A stretch of 64,000 nucleotides of DNA from Dehalococcoidia bacterium (GCA_965219025.1 OZ244716.1:1612419-1676418), one strand, 5' to 3'. Shown: positions 29,871 through 39,868, numbered from the stretch's first letter. Program-made: numbers and translations. The notes: generated from the letters alone by a model not told the origin.

Positions 29871-32420
29871 ATGGAACTCAAGAGCTATCAGATTGCCGCC
29901 CTGGACGCCTTTGTTCGTTGGCGTGAAGCCTTGGCCGACGCCCAAGCCAGGTCGGAAGCCGCTATTGCGGCGATTGAGAGCGCGGGCGCGGCGGTTCCCG
30001 AAGAGATTCGCAACTTCCCAAGGAGCGCCTGGGAAAGCCTGAAGAAGGCCGGTGGCGTTGCCGATAGTGCCGGTGTCTACACCAGCCGCACAGACGATGC
30101 GGGTAGGCCAATACCGCACGTATGCTTTAAGGTGCCCACCGGCGGCGGCAAGACGTTGCTGGCTGCCGCCGCATTGGAGAAGCTGAATCGTCGTACCGGT
30201 CTGACGTTGTGGATTACCCCCACGCGGGCCATCTACGAGCAGACCAAGGCCGCTCTCAGAGACAAGGAACATCCCTACCGCCAGATGCTTGATCGGGCCT
30301 GCGCCGGAAGTGTCAAGCTGCTGGAAAAGGACGATCAGTTTACTCGAGCCGATGTCGCCAACTACCTCTGCGTCATGTTGCTAATGCTACCCGCCGCAAA
30401 CAGACGGAAGGGAAGGGAGTTCCTGCGGATGTTCCGGGACTCAGGGCGCTACCCGACTCTGTTTCCCGACAGCGATGATGCTTTTGGGGACGCCAAACTC
30501 TTGAACGAGTTTCCGGATTTAGAGAGAACGTCGGATAACGGCCCCGTCAAGCACAGCCTGTTCAACGTGTTCAAGATGCTGCGCCCCGTTGTGGTGCTAG
30601 ACGAGGCGCACAAAGCCTACGGCGCAGCCAAGACCGAGGATAACGAGGAGTTTGTGCGCTCGGTGAACCGCTTGGATCCCGGCATGGTCATTGAATTGTC
30701 CGCCACTCCGAACCGTGGCATAAGCAACCTGCTCGTGGACGTTACCGGTATTGAACTAAAGCAGGAGGAGATGATCAAGCTGCCAGTCCAGGTGAAGTCG
30801 TCCACAAACGCCGACTGGCACTACACCCTGGCGGAGGCGCACACGGAACTGGAAGGATTAGACGCCCAGGCGGTGTCCCTACAAATGAACGAGGGGTGCT
30901 ACATCCGGCCCATCGCGGTTGTGAGAGTTGAGCGAACTGGCAAGGATCAACGTATAGAAGGCAAAGTTCACGCGGAAGACGTGCGAGAGTACCTGGTTCA
31001 GAACCTTGGCGTCCCGGCAGAGGCTGTTGCCGTGAAATCGTCTGAGTTGGACGAGCTGCGAGGAACGAACCTGCTTGCGGAGTTCTCACCGATACGTTGG
31101 ATAATCACCAAGGCCGCATTGATGGAGGGCTGGGACTGCCCCTTTGCCTACGTGCTGGTGATGCTGGACAACACACAGGCGCAGCGGGCTCTAACTCAGC
31201 TGGTGGGTCGGGTGATGCGTCAGCCCCACGCGCAGCGAACCCATAAAGAAGCCCTTGATCAATGCTACGTCTATTGCTGCAATACTGACGTAGGAGTTGC
31301 GGTAGCGCAGGTGAAGAATGGACTGGAGCAAGAAGGCCTGACGGGACTGGGAGATGAGGTGAGGTCCGCCTCGGGAGAGTTCCAGAACATACAGTTCGTG
31401 CGCCGCGAGCGCTTTAGGGACAAGGACATATTCCTGCCGTTGGTTCTCCACAGAGACGGCGCCAATTGGATGGAATTGGATTACCAGCGTCACATCCTGC
31501 CGGGGGTCAATTGGGACTCTATTGAAGCGCCTGACCCACAGAGTAGTATGCCGGAAGCTGCCAGATGGCAGTGGGCAACAGTTGACGTAGGAGAGTCGTT
31601 GCCGGTTTTCCACGCTGACCAAGAGTTGGAAATCGACAAGTCCGTGAGCATATCATGGTACGCCCGTCGCCTGTCCGATGTGGTGCCGAATCCGTGGCAG
31701 GCAAGCCGCATATCCCAGCAACTAGTGAAGAGGCTTCAAGAGGCAGGGGAAACGGAAGACTCCATACACGCTCAGCGAACGAATCTAGCGTCTGCTTTGC
31801 GAGGGCATGTGGCAAGCGAAGTGGAGAAGCAGGCCGAAGCTGTTTTCGGACGCAAGCTTCGAGACGGGGACATTAGATTTGACCTAGCAGCAGGCAGCCC
31901 GAGTTTTCGTATAGTTGACACCTACGAGATCTCCGCAATCGGTGATCTCGGGGGGCTATTGGCTCGGAGAGACCACCAACCCATGCAGCTCAGTCTATTC
32001 GAGCCGGTTTACGAGCGCCAATTTGACACCGAGTTGGAGCGCAACTTTGCTCGCTATCTGGATGAACAGAAAGCCCTGGAGTGGTGGCACAGAGTCGCCG
32101 TTCGTCAGGGCGGAGAATACTACCTGCGAGGCTGGCGCCAGGAGCGTGTCTGGCCAGACTTCGTGGCCATGGGCGGGCAGGTTGAGGGCAAACCCAGTGT
32201 GTTGGTCTTCGAAACTAAGGGCCAGCACCTGGAGGGAAACCACGACACGGAATACAAGAAGAGGCTCTTTGAGGCACTTGAAGGGGCCTTCAATGCTGGC
32301 AAGATGACAATTCGTGACGGACCGGCCAAGGGTGCGTTCCGTTTGGTGTTCGACCGCGCAGGCTTTCCTGACGCTGAGGAAGCCATAAGCAGCTTGGCGC
32401 AGGCGTACAAGGCACCGTAG
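29871..32420 (+). CDS. res: Type III restriction enzyme Res subunit (SF2 helicase plus PD-ExK nuclease)
   Basis: 849 aa with Walker A VPTGGGKT and VVLDEAHK (DEAH box). The C-terminal WPDF...VFETKG matches a PD..ExK nuclease core. The gene starts 4 nt after the mod stop. Confidence 0.9.
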   Translation: MELKSYQIAALDAFVRWREALADAQARSEAAIAAIESAGAAVPEEIRNFPRSAWESLKKAGGVADSAGVYTSRTDDAGRPIPHVCFKVPTGGGKTLLAAAALEKLNRRTGLTLWITPTRAIYEQTKAALRDKEHPYRQMLDRACAGSVKLLEKDDQFTRADVANYLCVMLLMLPAANRRKGREFLRMFRDSGRYPTLFPDSDDAFGDAKLLNEFPDLERTSDNGPVKHSLFNVFKMLRPVVVLDEAHKAYGAAKTEDNEEFVRSVNRLDPGMVIELSATPNRGISNLLVDVTGIELKQEEMIKLPVQVKSSTNADWHYTLAEAHTELEGLDAQAVSLQMNEGCYIRPIAVVRVERTGKDQRIEGKVHAEDVREYLVQNLGVPAEAVAVKSSELDELRGTNLLAEFSPIRWIITKAALMEGWDCPFAYVLVMLDNTQAQRALTQLVGRVMRQPHAQRTHKEALDQCYVYCCNTDVGVAVAQVKNGLEQEGLTGLGDEVRSASGEFQNIQFVRRERFRDKDIFLPLVLHRDGANWMELDYQRHILPGVNWDSIEAPDPQSSMPEAARWQWATVDVGESLPVFHADQELEIDKSVSISWYARRLSDVVPNPWQASRISQQLVKRLQEAGETEDSIHAQRTNLASALRGHVASEVEKQAEAVFGRKLRDGDIRFDLAAGSPSFRIVDTYEISAIGDLGGLLARRDHQPMQLSLFEPVYERQFDTELERNFARYLDEQKALEWWHRVAVRQGGEYYLRGWRQERVWPDFVAMGGQVEGKPSVLVFETKGQHLEGNHDTEYKKRLFEALEGAFNAGKMTIRDGPAKGAFRLVFDRAGFPDAEEAISSLAQAYKAP

Positions 32421-32435
32421 CTCCCCTCCCCTGAC

Positions 32436-32480
32436 CCCTTGGATTCCCGCGTCCGCGAGAATGACGGAAGCCCCCGCGCC
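32436..32480. repeat. GC-rich intergenic repeat element (copy 4)
   Basis: ggattcccgcgtccgcgagaatgacgg is the reverse complement of ccgtcattctcgcggacgcgggaatcc at 58848-58874. Confidence 0.6.
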
Positions 32481-32536
32481 CGCGGGTGTATACTGGATGC
32501 GACCCGTTGCGGGACTCTCTCACAAGGATGGCTTGT

Positions 32537-33925
32537 ATGGCGGACTTTGACTTTGACGTGGCGGTAATCGGCGGCGGTCCCGGGGGCTACGTGGCGGCCA
32601 TACGCGCCGGCCAGCTCGGCCTGCGGACGGCGCTGGTCGAGCAGGACGAGCTCGGAGGCATCTGCCTCAACTGGGGCTGCATTCCCAGCAAGGCGCTTCT
32701 CAAGAACGCGGAGGTCCTCAGCCTGTTCCAAAGGTCGGAGGAGTTCGGCATCACCGTCGACAACCTGCAGTACGACTTCGGCAAGGCGATTGATCGCAGC
32801 CGCGGCGTGGTCAGGCGCCTCACCGCGGGCGTTGGGATGCTGCTCAGGAAGAACAATGTGGAGCACGTGAACGGTCGCGGACGCCTGACGGACGCGCACA
32901 CGGTCGACGTCGACGACGGCGCGCGCAGCCTCACTGCCGCAAACGTGATCGTCGCCACCGGCGCGAGGCCGCGCCCGGTGCCCGGCCTGGAGGTGGACGG
33001 CGACACGATCATCGGCAGCCGCGAGGCGCTGGAGCTTCGCGACGTACCCTCGCCGGTGGGCATCGTGGGCGGCGGCGCCACGGGCGTCGAGTTCGCGTAC
33101 CTGTACCGGGCATACGGCGCCGAGGTCACCATCGTCGAGATGATGCCGCGCCTCATCCCAAGCGAGGACGAGGAGATGGGGCAGCAGCTGGAGCGTGCCT
33201 TCTCCGGCCAGGGCATCAAGACGCTCACCGGCTCCCGCGTGACCTCCGTCGAGAAGCGGCCGGAGGGCGCAGTCCTGAGCGTGGAGACGCCGGATGGCGC
33301 TCGAGAGCTTGAGGTGCAGAAGGTGCTCGTGGCCGTGGGCGTTCAGGGCAACGTGGAGGGACTGGGCTTGGAGGAGCTTGGCGCTCGCATCGAGAGGGGC
33401 TTCGTGCAGGTGGACGACAGGATGAGCACGGGCGTGCCGGGCGTGTACGCCATCGGCGACGTGACGGGCAAGCTGCTGCTGGCCCACGTGGCGCAGGCGC
33501 AGGGCGTGCTGGCGGTGGAGACGATCGCCGGCATGGACAGCCAGACGCTGGACTATCGCATGATGCCGAGAGCGGTCTACTGCCAGCCGCAGGTGACGGG
33601 CTTCGGCTACTCGGAGAGCGAGGCCTCGGAAGCGGGCTTCTCGGTGAAGGTCGGGCGGTTTCCGTTCCGGGCCAACGGCAAGTCGCTGGCGGCCGGCGAC
33701 TCGGAGGGCATGGTGAAGGTTGTGGCGGACGGCGACACCGGCGAGATACTGGGCGCGCACATGATCGGCGCGGAAGTGACGGAGATGCTGGCGGAGCTTG
33801 CCATGACCAACCTGCTGGAGGGCAGCGTGAACGAGCTGGGCTGGCTGGTGCATTCGCATCCCACGCTGTCGGAGGCGATCAAGGAGGCAGCGCTGGACGT
33901 GGAGAGAGCAGCGATCCACATCTGA
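32537..33925 (+). CDS. lpdA: dihydrolipoyl dehydrogenase (E3)
   Basis: DVAVIGGGPGGY FAD site, redox-active GGICLNWGCIPSK and a C-terminal HAHPTLSE-like block. Start trimmed to the ATG at 32537 (AAGGA RBS). Confidence 0.95.
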   Translation: MADFDFDVAVIGGGPGGYVAAIRAGQLGLRTALVEQDELGGICLNWGCIPSKALLKNAEVLSLFQRSEEFGITVDNLQYDFGKAIDRSRGVVRRLTAGVGMLLRKNNVEHVNGRGRLTDAHTVDVDDGARSLTAANVIVATGARPRPVPGLEVDGDTIIGSREALELRDVPSPVGIVGGGATGVEFAYLYRAYGAEVTIVEMMPRLIPSEDEEMGQQLERAFSGQGIKTLTGSRVTSVEKRPEGAVLSVETPDGARELEVQKVLVAVGVQGNVEGLGLEELGARIERGFVQVDDRMSTGVPGVYAIGDVTGKLLLAHVAQAQGVLAVETIAGMDSQTLDYRMMPRAVYCQPQVTGFGYSESEASEAGFSVKVGRFPFRANGKSLAAGDSEGMVKVVADGDTGEILGAHMIGAEVTEMLAELAMTNLLEGSVNELGWLVHSHPTLSEAIKEAALDVERAAIHI

Positions 33926-34007
33926 TCGCCGTGCGCCGGTGGTAAGATGACCAAAATTCGGGCGATTGGCGTTCCACCGTCATTCCAACTTCCGCTATAA
34001 TGTGGGC

Positions 34008-34988
34008 ATGGCTCCTGGAGACAAGCCTGACGGCGCGCAACTGATTGACTTCTACCGCCGTATGCTCCTCATAAGGACCTTTGAGGAGAGATCGGCAGAG
34101 CAGTACACGCTCGGTCGAATACGAGGCTTCCTGCACCTGTACAACGGCGAGGAGGCCATCGCGGTGGGCTCCATCTCCGCGCTGCAGCCGCAGGACTACG
34201 TCGCAACCCACTACCGCGACCACGGCCATGCCCTCGCCAAGGGTATGGACCCCAACGCTGCGATGGCGGAGCTGTTCGGAAAGGCCACGGGGTGCAGCAA
34301 GGGCAAGGGCGGCTCCATGCACTTGTTCGATGTCGAGAAGCGGTTCATGGGCGGCTACGCCATCGTGGGCGGGCAGCTGCCCCTGGCAACCGGGTTTGCG
34401 CTGGCCAGCAAGTACAGCGGCGAGGACAGCCTGACGCTCTGCTTCCTGGGCGACGGCGCCATCAACGAGGGCGAGTTCCACGAGTCGCTCAACCTGGCCG
34501 CCCTGTGGAAGCTGCCCGTGATCTTCTTAGTCGAGAACAACCTGTACGGCATGGGCGCCACAGTTGACCAGATGCTGGCGTTTCACGATGAGATATACAA
34601 GTTCGCAAACGGCTACAAGATTCCGTCCGTTCGCGTGGACGGCATGGACGTGTTGAAGGTGCTGGATGCCACCAGCGAGGCGGTGGCCTACGTGCGAGGC
34701 GGCGGTGGCCCCTACTTGATCGAAGCGATGGCCTACCGGTTCAGGGGACACTCCATGGCCGACCCATCGGAGTACCGGGCCAGGTCGGAGGAGGAGCGAT
34801 GGCGGACTCGCGACCCCATCGTCACATTCGGCAGGCAGCTTGTGGACGGAGGCACGGCGACTCAGGAGGAGCTAGACCGCATCCGCAGCGGGGTTGAAGA
34901 GATTATCGACGCGGCCGTCCAATTCGCCGAGGACAGCCCCTTCCCAGAGCCGGACGCACTCTACGACGACGTGTACGGAGGCATGTGA
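34008..34988 (+). CDS. pdhA: 2-oxoacid (pyruvate/acetoin-type) dehydrogenase E1 alpha subunit
   Basis: TPP motif region GDGAINEGEFHESLNLA, GFLHLYNGEEA and the YRFRGHSMADP phospho-loop-type block. Confidence 0.9.
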   Translation: MAPGDKPDGAQLIDFYRRMLLIRTFEERSAEQYTLGRIRGFLHLYNGEEAIAVGSISALQPQDYVATHYRDHGHALAKGMDPNAAMAELFGKATGCSKGKGGSMHLFDVEKRFMGGYAIVGGQLPLATGFALASKYSGEDSLTLCFLGDGAINEGEFHESLNLAALWKLPVIFLVENNLYGMGATVDQMLAFHDEIYKFANGYKIPSVRVDGMDVLKVLDATSEAVAYVRGGGGPYLIEAMAYRFRGHSMADPSEYRARSEEERWRTRDPIVTFGRQLVDGGTATQEELDRIRSGVEEIIDAAVQFAEDSPFPEPDALYDDVYGGM

Positions 34989-34990
34989 GC

Positions 34991-35965
34991 ATGGCGGTCA
35001 TCACCTATAGGGAAGCCGTTGGCCGTGCGCTCAGGGAGGCGCTTCAGGACGAGCGGGTCTTCATGATGGGCGAGGACATCGGGCGTTACGGTGGAGCGTA
35101 TGCCGTGACCAGGGGCCTGCTCGACGAGTTCGGGCCTGAGCGCATCCGCGAGACGCCCATCGCCGAATCGGTGTTCACCGGAGCCGGCGCCGGCGCCGCC
35201 ATGGCGGGCCTCAGGCCTATCGTGGAGCTGATGACCATCAACTTCAGCCTGCTGGCCATGGACCAGATAATCAACCACGCCGCCAAGGTGCGGTACATGT
35301 CCGGCGGGCAGCTCTCGTGTCCGCTTGTCGTGCGCACCGTCACCGGCGGCGGCGCTTCCGTGGGAGCCACCCACTCGCAGAGCCTGGAGGGCTGGTTCGC
35401 CTCCGTGCCGGGCATTCGCGTGGCGGTTCCATCCACGCCCCACGACGTGCTCGGCCTCTTCCGTGCGGCGATGCTGCAGGAGGACCCCGTGATGTTCGTG
35501 GAGCACACGCTGCTCTACAGCACGCGCGGGGAGGTGGAGGACGAGCCGTACGTGATACCCCTCGGCAGGGCGGACATCAAGCGCGCGGGCACGGACATCA
35601 CGATCGCGGCCTACTCGCGCATGGTCAATGTGGCGCTCCGCGCCGCTGAGCAGCTGGAGTCCAGGGGCATAAGCGCGGAGGTCGTTGACCTGCGCACGCT
35701 CAGCCCACTGGACGGCGAGACCGTGGTGGAGTCGGTACGCAAGACGGGCCATGCAGTGGTGGTTGAGGAGACGTGGTACACGGGCGGGTTCGGCGCTACC
35801 GTAGTGGGACTGATCCAGGAGCGCGCCTTCGACTACCTGAACGCGCCCGTGGCCCGTGTGGCCGGCGTGGAGGTCCCCATGCCCTACTCTCGATACCTTG
35901 AGCAGGCGTCCATACCGGACGATGCCCGCGTAATCCGGGCGGTGGAAGCCACCCTCGGTCGCTGA
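34991..35965 (+). CDS. pdhB: 2-oxoacid dehydrogenase E1 beta subunit
   Basis: MGEDIGRYGGAYAVTRGL and the transketolase C-terminal region. The ATG lies 3 nt after the alpha stop. Confidence 0.9.
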   Translation: MAVITYREAVGRALREALQDERVFMMGEDIGRYGGAYAVTRGLLDEFGPERIRETPIAESVFTGAGAGAAMAGLRPIVELMTINFSLLAMDQIINHAAKVRYMSGGQLSCPLVVRTVTGGGASVGATHSQSLEGWFASVPGIRVAVPSTPHDVLGLFRAAMLQEDPVMFVEHTLLYSTRGEVEDEPYVIPLGRADIKRAGTDITIAAYSRMVNVALRAAEQLESRGISAEVVDLRTLSPLDGETVVESVRKTGHAVVVEETWYTGGFGATVVGLIQERAFDYLNAPVARVAGVEVPMPYSRYLEQASIPDDARVIRAVEATLGR

Positions 35966-35989
35966 CACAAACGGCAGGAGGCACGGGAA

Positions 35990-37210
35990 ATGGCTACATC
36001 GGTTGTAATGCCTCAGATGGGCTACGATATGCAGGAGGGCACCCTCGTGCGCTGGCTGAAGCAGGAGGGGGAGGAGATCGCGAGAGGCGATGCCATAGCC
36101 GAGATCGAGACCGACAAGGCCGTGATCGAGATGGAGGCCTACGCCTCCGGCGTGGTGCTGAAGACCGTGGTAACGGAGGGAAGCACGGTGCCGGTGGGGG
36201 ACACCATCGCGTTCATCGGCAGCCCCGGTGAGCCGGTGCCCGATGTGGCAGCCACGTCCGCTCCCGTAGCCGAGCCCGCTCCCGAGCCGGAGCAGGCAGC
36301 AGAGGCTCCAGAGCCTGCCGCAGCCGCGGAGTCCGGCGCGGTGAGGGCGTCACCGGTTGCACGCCGGCTGGCGCAGGAGAAGGGAATCGATCTGGCTCAG
36401 GTCACGGGCACGGGACCGAACGGGCGCATCACGCGCGACGACGTGGCTGCCCATGAAAGCTCGGCGGCCGCTCCTGCACCCGCGGCGGAAGCTCCCGCTG
36501 CGGTCGAGCCGGCCGTTCGCGGTCAGCAGGGTGAGCTCGTGCCGCTGACGCGGATGAGGCAGGCAATCGCACGGCGCACGGCGCAGAGCAAGCGAGAAGT
36601 ACCCCACTTCTACGTGTCGGCGGGCGTGGACATGACGGCCGCGATGGCGTTGCGCCAGCAGATCAACGAAGCGCTCGCGGGCGCGGCGCGCGTCTCCGTG
36701 AACGACCTGATCGTGAAGGCGTGTGCGCTGACGCTTGCCAAGTACCCGGCCTTCAACGCCTCCTTCGAGGGCAACAACCTGCGCATGAACCCGGCCATCA
36801 ACGTGAGCATCGCCATTGCCGTGGAGTATGGCCTGCTCGTGGTGTCGCTTGGAGACTGCCGTGGCAGGTCGCTCGTGGACATTTCGCAGGCGGCACGGGG
36901 CGCGGTGGAGAGGGCGCAGAGCGGAGTGCTGCGCGAGGAAGACTACACCGGCGGCACCTTCAGCATCAGCAACATGGGCATGTTCGACGTGGACAGCTTC
37001 TCGGCGATCATCTACCCGCCACAGTCGGCGGTAATTGCCGTGGGCACGGTGCGGCAGCAGCCGGTGGTGCGCGACGGCGAGATAAAGATCGCGCAGATGA
37101 TGCAGGCGACGCTTTCCACCGACCATCGGGTTGCGGACGGCGCGCAGGCTGCGCAGTTCCTGGTAGAGGTGAAGCGGATCCTGGAGAACCCCGTAAGCCT
37201 GGTGGTGTGA
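35990..37210 (+). CDS. dihydrolipoamide acyltransferase (E2)
   Basis: Lipoyl domain (IETDKAV), subunit-binding domain (SPVARRLAQEKGIDL) and catalytic DHRVADG. Confidence 0.9.
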   Translation: MATSVVMPQMGYDMQEGTLVRWLKQEGEEIARGDAIAEIETDKAVIEMEAYASGVVLKTVVTEGSTVPVGDTIAFIGSPGEPVPDVAATSAPVAEPAPEPEQAAEAPEPAAAAESGAVRASPVARRLAQEKGIDLAQVTGTGPNGRITRDDVAAHESSAAAPAPAAEAPAAVEPAVRGQQGELVPLTRMRQAIARRTAQSKREVPHFYVSAGVDMTAAMALRQQINEALAGAARVSVNDLIVKACALTLAKYPAFNASFEGNNLRMNPAINVSIAIAVEYGLLVVSLGDCRGRSLVDISQAARGAVERAQSGVLREEDYTGGTFSISNMGMFDVDSFSAIIYPPQSAVIAVGTVRQQPVVRDGEIKIAQMMQATLSTDHRVADGAQAAQFLVEVKRILENPVSLVV

Positions 37211-37324
37211 GTCCAATAGGACTCCACCGAACATTCGCTCTGGCGAGACCGGTAAGTATGTTCGCCGCCTTCTGCGTATGACGCAGGTGGCGTGCAGGCT
37301 CTCGTAGCCCCCCGCAAACGCAGG

Positions 37325-37660
37325 CTAAAGTGGCATCCGCATGGCTTGGTAGACCTCGATCTCACAGCCCTCTCCCCAGCCAAGGTGCGGGTGGTCCGCA
37401 ACCAGCGCTGCCGCGGTCTCCATGTCGTCCGCTTGGAGAACGGAGTATCCGATCACGTCCCCCTTGCCTGGCGAGCTGCCGGTCTGCGTCAGCCTGAGTC
37501 CGGCCATGAGCGCCGAGCCGGGGTATGTGAGTGCATCGCCGCACCGGTCGGCCCACACCTTCCACGCGTCCATGCCCGCCTGCATGTCCTCCGGCGAAAT
37601 GTGCTGCATCTGCTCTATGACGGACGGCGATGCGAAGTAGATCGCGACAAAGTCTCCCAT
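37325..37660 (-). CDS. small YCII/DGPF-like protein (tentative)
   Basis: 111 aa. The C-terminal pattern GYSVLQADDMETAAALVADHP...CEIEVYQAM resembles YCII-related dimeric alpha/beta-barrel proteins. The assignment is from memory only. Confidence 0.45.
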   Translation of the reverse strand: MGDFVAIYFASPSVIEQMQHISPEDMQAGMDAWKVWADRCGDALTYPGSALMAGLRLTQTGSSPGKGDVIGYSVLQADDMETAAALVADHPHLGWGEGCEIEVYQAMRMPL

Positions 37661-37770
37661 CGTTCATTCTCCTGTCTTTCGGCTTTATGGCCTGCGCACT
37701 GTAACACCATCGGATGAGGTGGGCAATCGCCTCACTGGTGGGTCTGTAGCGTGCCTGCCGATGCGTTTGC

Positions 37771-37799
37771 TTGACATTCAACCCTGCCTACATTAAGAT
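37771..37799 (+). promoter_or_regulatory. candidate sigma70-type promoter of the sulfite/nitrite reductase gene
   Basis: TTGACA-17 nt-TAAGAT lies about 170 nt upstream of the ATG. Confidence 0.5.
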
Positions 37800-37887
37800 T
37801 TCCGCAAATGGACGCTCAGGTTCGCTCTTTCTGCTGCTGTTGTAGGCCCTGAACCGGGGGCTTGCGCGTCTTCAAAGGCTTCTAGTC

Positions 37888-37924
37888 TCGCCCCCTCAGT
37901 TGCGCCCTGAGGGGCGATTTGTTT
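37888..37924 (+). terminator. terminator-like hairpin plus T-tract inside the reductase leader (possible attenuator)
   Basis: TCGCCCCCTCAG-ttgcgcc-CTGAGGGGCGA is followed by TTTGTTT. It lies between the candidate promoter and the AAGGAGG RBS. Confidence 0.45.
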
Positions 37925-37967
37925 CAGCCGCAAACCCGCGCCGGAGGCGGACTCCCAAGGAGGCATC

Positions 37968-39764
37968 ATGAGCCAGGCAAGAATAAACGAAAAGGGCATC
38001 CTGCCCGTTCTGCAGGAGGAGCTGGACAACTTCGAGTCGGTGGTGGGCGAGTTCATCCAGGGCGACTGGGACCCCACGGCATTCCAGGCATTCCGCCTGC
38101 GGATGGGCGTCTACGGCCAGCGCCAGCCGGATGTCCACATGCTCAGGGTGAAGCTGCCGGTGGGTGAGGTCTTCGCCGAGCAACTGGAGACGCTGGGCAC
38201 CATCGCGCGCGAGTTTGCACCCATGCAGAAGGGACACGTGACCACGCGCGAAAACATGCAGTTTCATTTTGTGCCCATTGCGGAGGTGCACCAGGCGCTG
38301 AACGTGCTCGGGCAGACGGGCCTCTCGACCCGCGAGGCCTGCGGCAACACCGTGCGCAACGTCGCCGGGTGCCCTCTGTCCGGCGTCTGCAACGACGAGC
38401 CATTCGACGTCACGCCCTACGCCGGCGCCTACGCCCGCTACTTCCTGCGCCATCCCGTCACGCAGTCCATGCCCCGCAAGATCAAATCGGCCTTCTCCGG
38501 GTGCGAGAAGGACTGCGCCATCACCAGCATCCACGACGTCGGCTTCATTCCGCGAGTGCGCGAGGTGGACGGACAAGAGGAGCGAGGCTTCAAGATGGTG
38601 GTGGGCGGAGGCCTTTCGATCATGGCCCGCATTGCGCCCACACTGTACGAGTTCGTGCCCGTGAGCGACTTCCTGCGCGTTAGCGAGGCGGTTCTGCGTG
38701 TCTTCGACGCCTCGGACGAGCTGCGCAAGAACAGGATGAAGGCGCGCATCAAGTTCCTAGTCGACCGCGTGGGCATCGACGAGTTCCGCGTGATGGTTGA
38801 GCGCGAGCTGGAGATGCCGTGGGCACAGCAGCCCAACGATCCCACGCCGCTGCTGTACCTGGACGACGAGGCGTCGGACGCGCCGGAAGCAGAGGCTGCG
38901 GCGCCGGAGACGCGCCAGTCGCCCAACGGCGACGCCGGTGAGTTCGACCTGTGGGCGGCAACCAACGTGGAGCCCCAGAAGCAGGACGGCTTCTTCGTAG
39001 CGCTCATAAAATTGCCCCAGGGAGACATCCAGGAGGACCAGTTCCCGCTGCTGGCAGAGATCACTCGAAAGTACTCCAGCGGTCGTGCCCGCTTAACGCA
39101 GCAGCAGAACATGGCGCTCAGGTGGGTGAGCCGGGAGTTGCTGTACCCTCTGTGGCGAGACCTGAAGGAGGCCGGTTTGGCCGAGCCGGAAGTCAACACG
39201 ATCACCGACGTGACGTCCTGCCCGGGAACCGATAGCTGCAAGCTGGGCATCACGTCATCGATGGGCTTGGGGAAGGCGATTCGCGAGGAGCTTGAGGTGA
39301 TGGACGTGTCCGACCCGCTGGTGAAGGGACTGCACATCAAGATGAGCGGTTGCCCCAACTCTTGCGGGCAGCACCACATAGCTAACATCGGGTTCCACGG
39401 GGCGTCCATGAAGGGCGAACGCGGCAACCAGGTGCCCGCATACGAGATGTTCGTTGGCGGAAGCTACCAGGACCTGCGCGGGCAGGAGGAATCGCGCATT
39501 GGGATGCGGCCCAAGGGCAAGATTCCGGCCAAGCGCGTTCCGGAGGTGATTCGCACGGTCCTGGAGTACTACCAGGGCAACCGCGAAGAGTCGGAGACGT
39601 TCAACACCTTCGTGGACAGGGTAGGCATGGCTCCGTTCGAGGCCATTGCCGCCGAGTACCAGGATCTGGGCCCCCTGAACCGGGACAACATCGACACGTA
39701 CATGGACTGGAACAAGACGGTGCTCTACAAGGTGGAGCGGGGCGAAGGTGAGTGCGCGATCTAG
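37968..39764 (+). CDS. ferredoxin-dependent sulfite/nitrite reductase (siroheme/4Fe-4S, NirA/Sir family)
   Basis: 598 aa with duplicated NIR_SIR halves and cluster-binding Cys motifs TSCPGTDSCKLG and SGCPNSCGQHH. Confidence 0.9.
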   Translation: MSQARINEKGILPVLQEELDNFESVVGEFIQGDWDPTAFQAFRLRMGVYGQRQPDVHMLRVKLPVGEVFAEQLETLGTIAREFAPMQKGHVTTRENMQFHFVPIAEVHQALNVLGQTGLSTREACGNTVRNVAGCPLSGVCNDEPFDVTPYAGAYARYFLRHPVTQSMPRKIKSAFSGCEKDCAITSIHDVGFIPRVREVDGQEERGFKMVVGGGLSIMARIAPTLYEFVPVSDFLRVSEAVLRVFDASDELRKNRMKARIKFLVDRVGIDEFRVMVERELEMPWAQQPNDPTPLLYLDDEASDAPEAEAAAPETRQSPNGDAGEFDLWAATNVEPQKQDGFFVALIKLPQGDIQEDQFPLLAEITRKYSSGRARLTQQQNMALRWVSRELLYPLWRDLKEAGLAEPEVNTITDVTSCPGTDSCKLGITSSMGLGKAIREELEVMDVSDPLVKGLHIKMSGCPNSCGQHHIANIGFHGASMKGERGNQVPAYEMFVGGSYQDLRGQEESRIGMRPKGKIPAKRVPEVIRTVLEYYQGNREESETFNTFVDRVGMAPFEAIAAEYQDLGPLNRDNIDTYMDWNKTVLYKVERGEGECAI

Positions 39765-39798
39765 GGACGGCGGCTGCCGGCCGTACGCGATTTGCGAT

Positions 39799-39826
39799 GT
39801 AGGGGTGCTTCGCGAAGCGCCCCTAC
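39799..39826. terminator. 28-nt near-perfect palindrome between convergent genes
   Basis: GTAGGGGTGCTTCG|CGAAGCGCCCCTAC pairs at 13 of 14 positions plus one G-T. It lies between the reductase stop (39764) and the HEPN-like gene stop (39869). Confidence 0.55.
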
Positions 39827-39868
39827 TGATTTCCTGGCTGGAATCTAGCGCTCGGGCGGCCGTTCAGT

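Noticed and set aside
32120-33919. 599-aa ORF on the minus strand
   Set aside because: It is antisense to the res 3' end and to lpd, both of which have strong motifs. Its composition is shadow-ORF-like.
33996-34010. TATAAT 7 nt upstream of the pdhA ATG, suggesting a leaderless transcript
   Set aside because: There is no convincing -35 element, and the gene directly follows lpd, so co-transcription is likely. Only a possibility.
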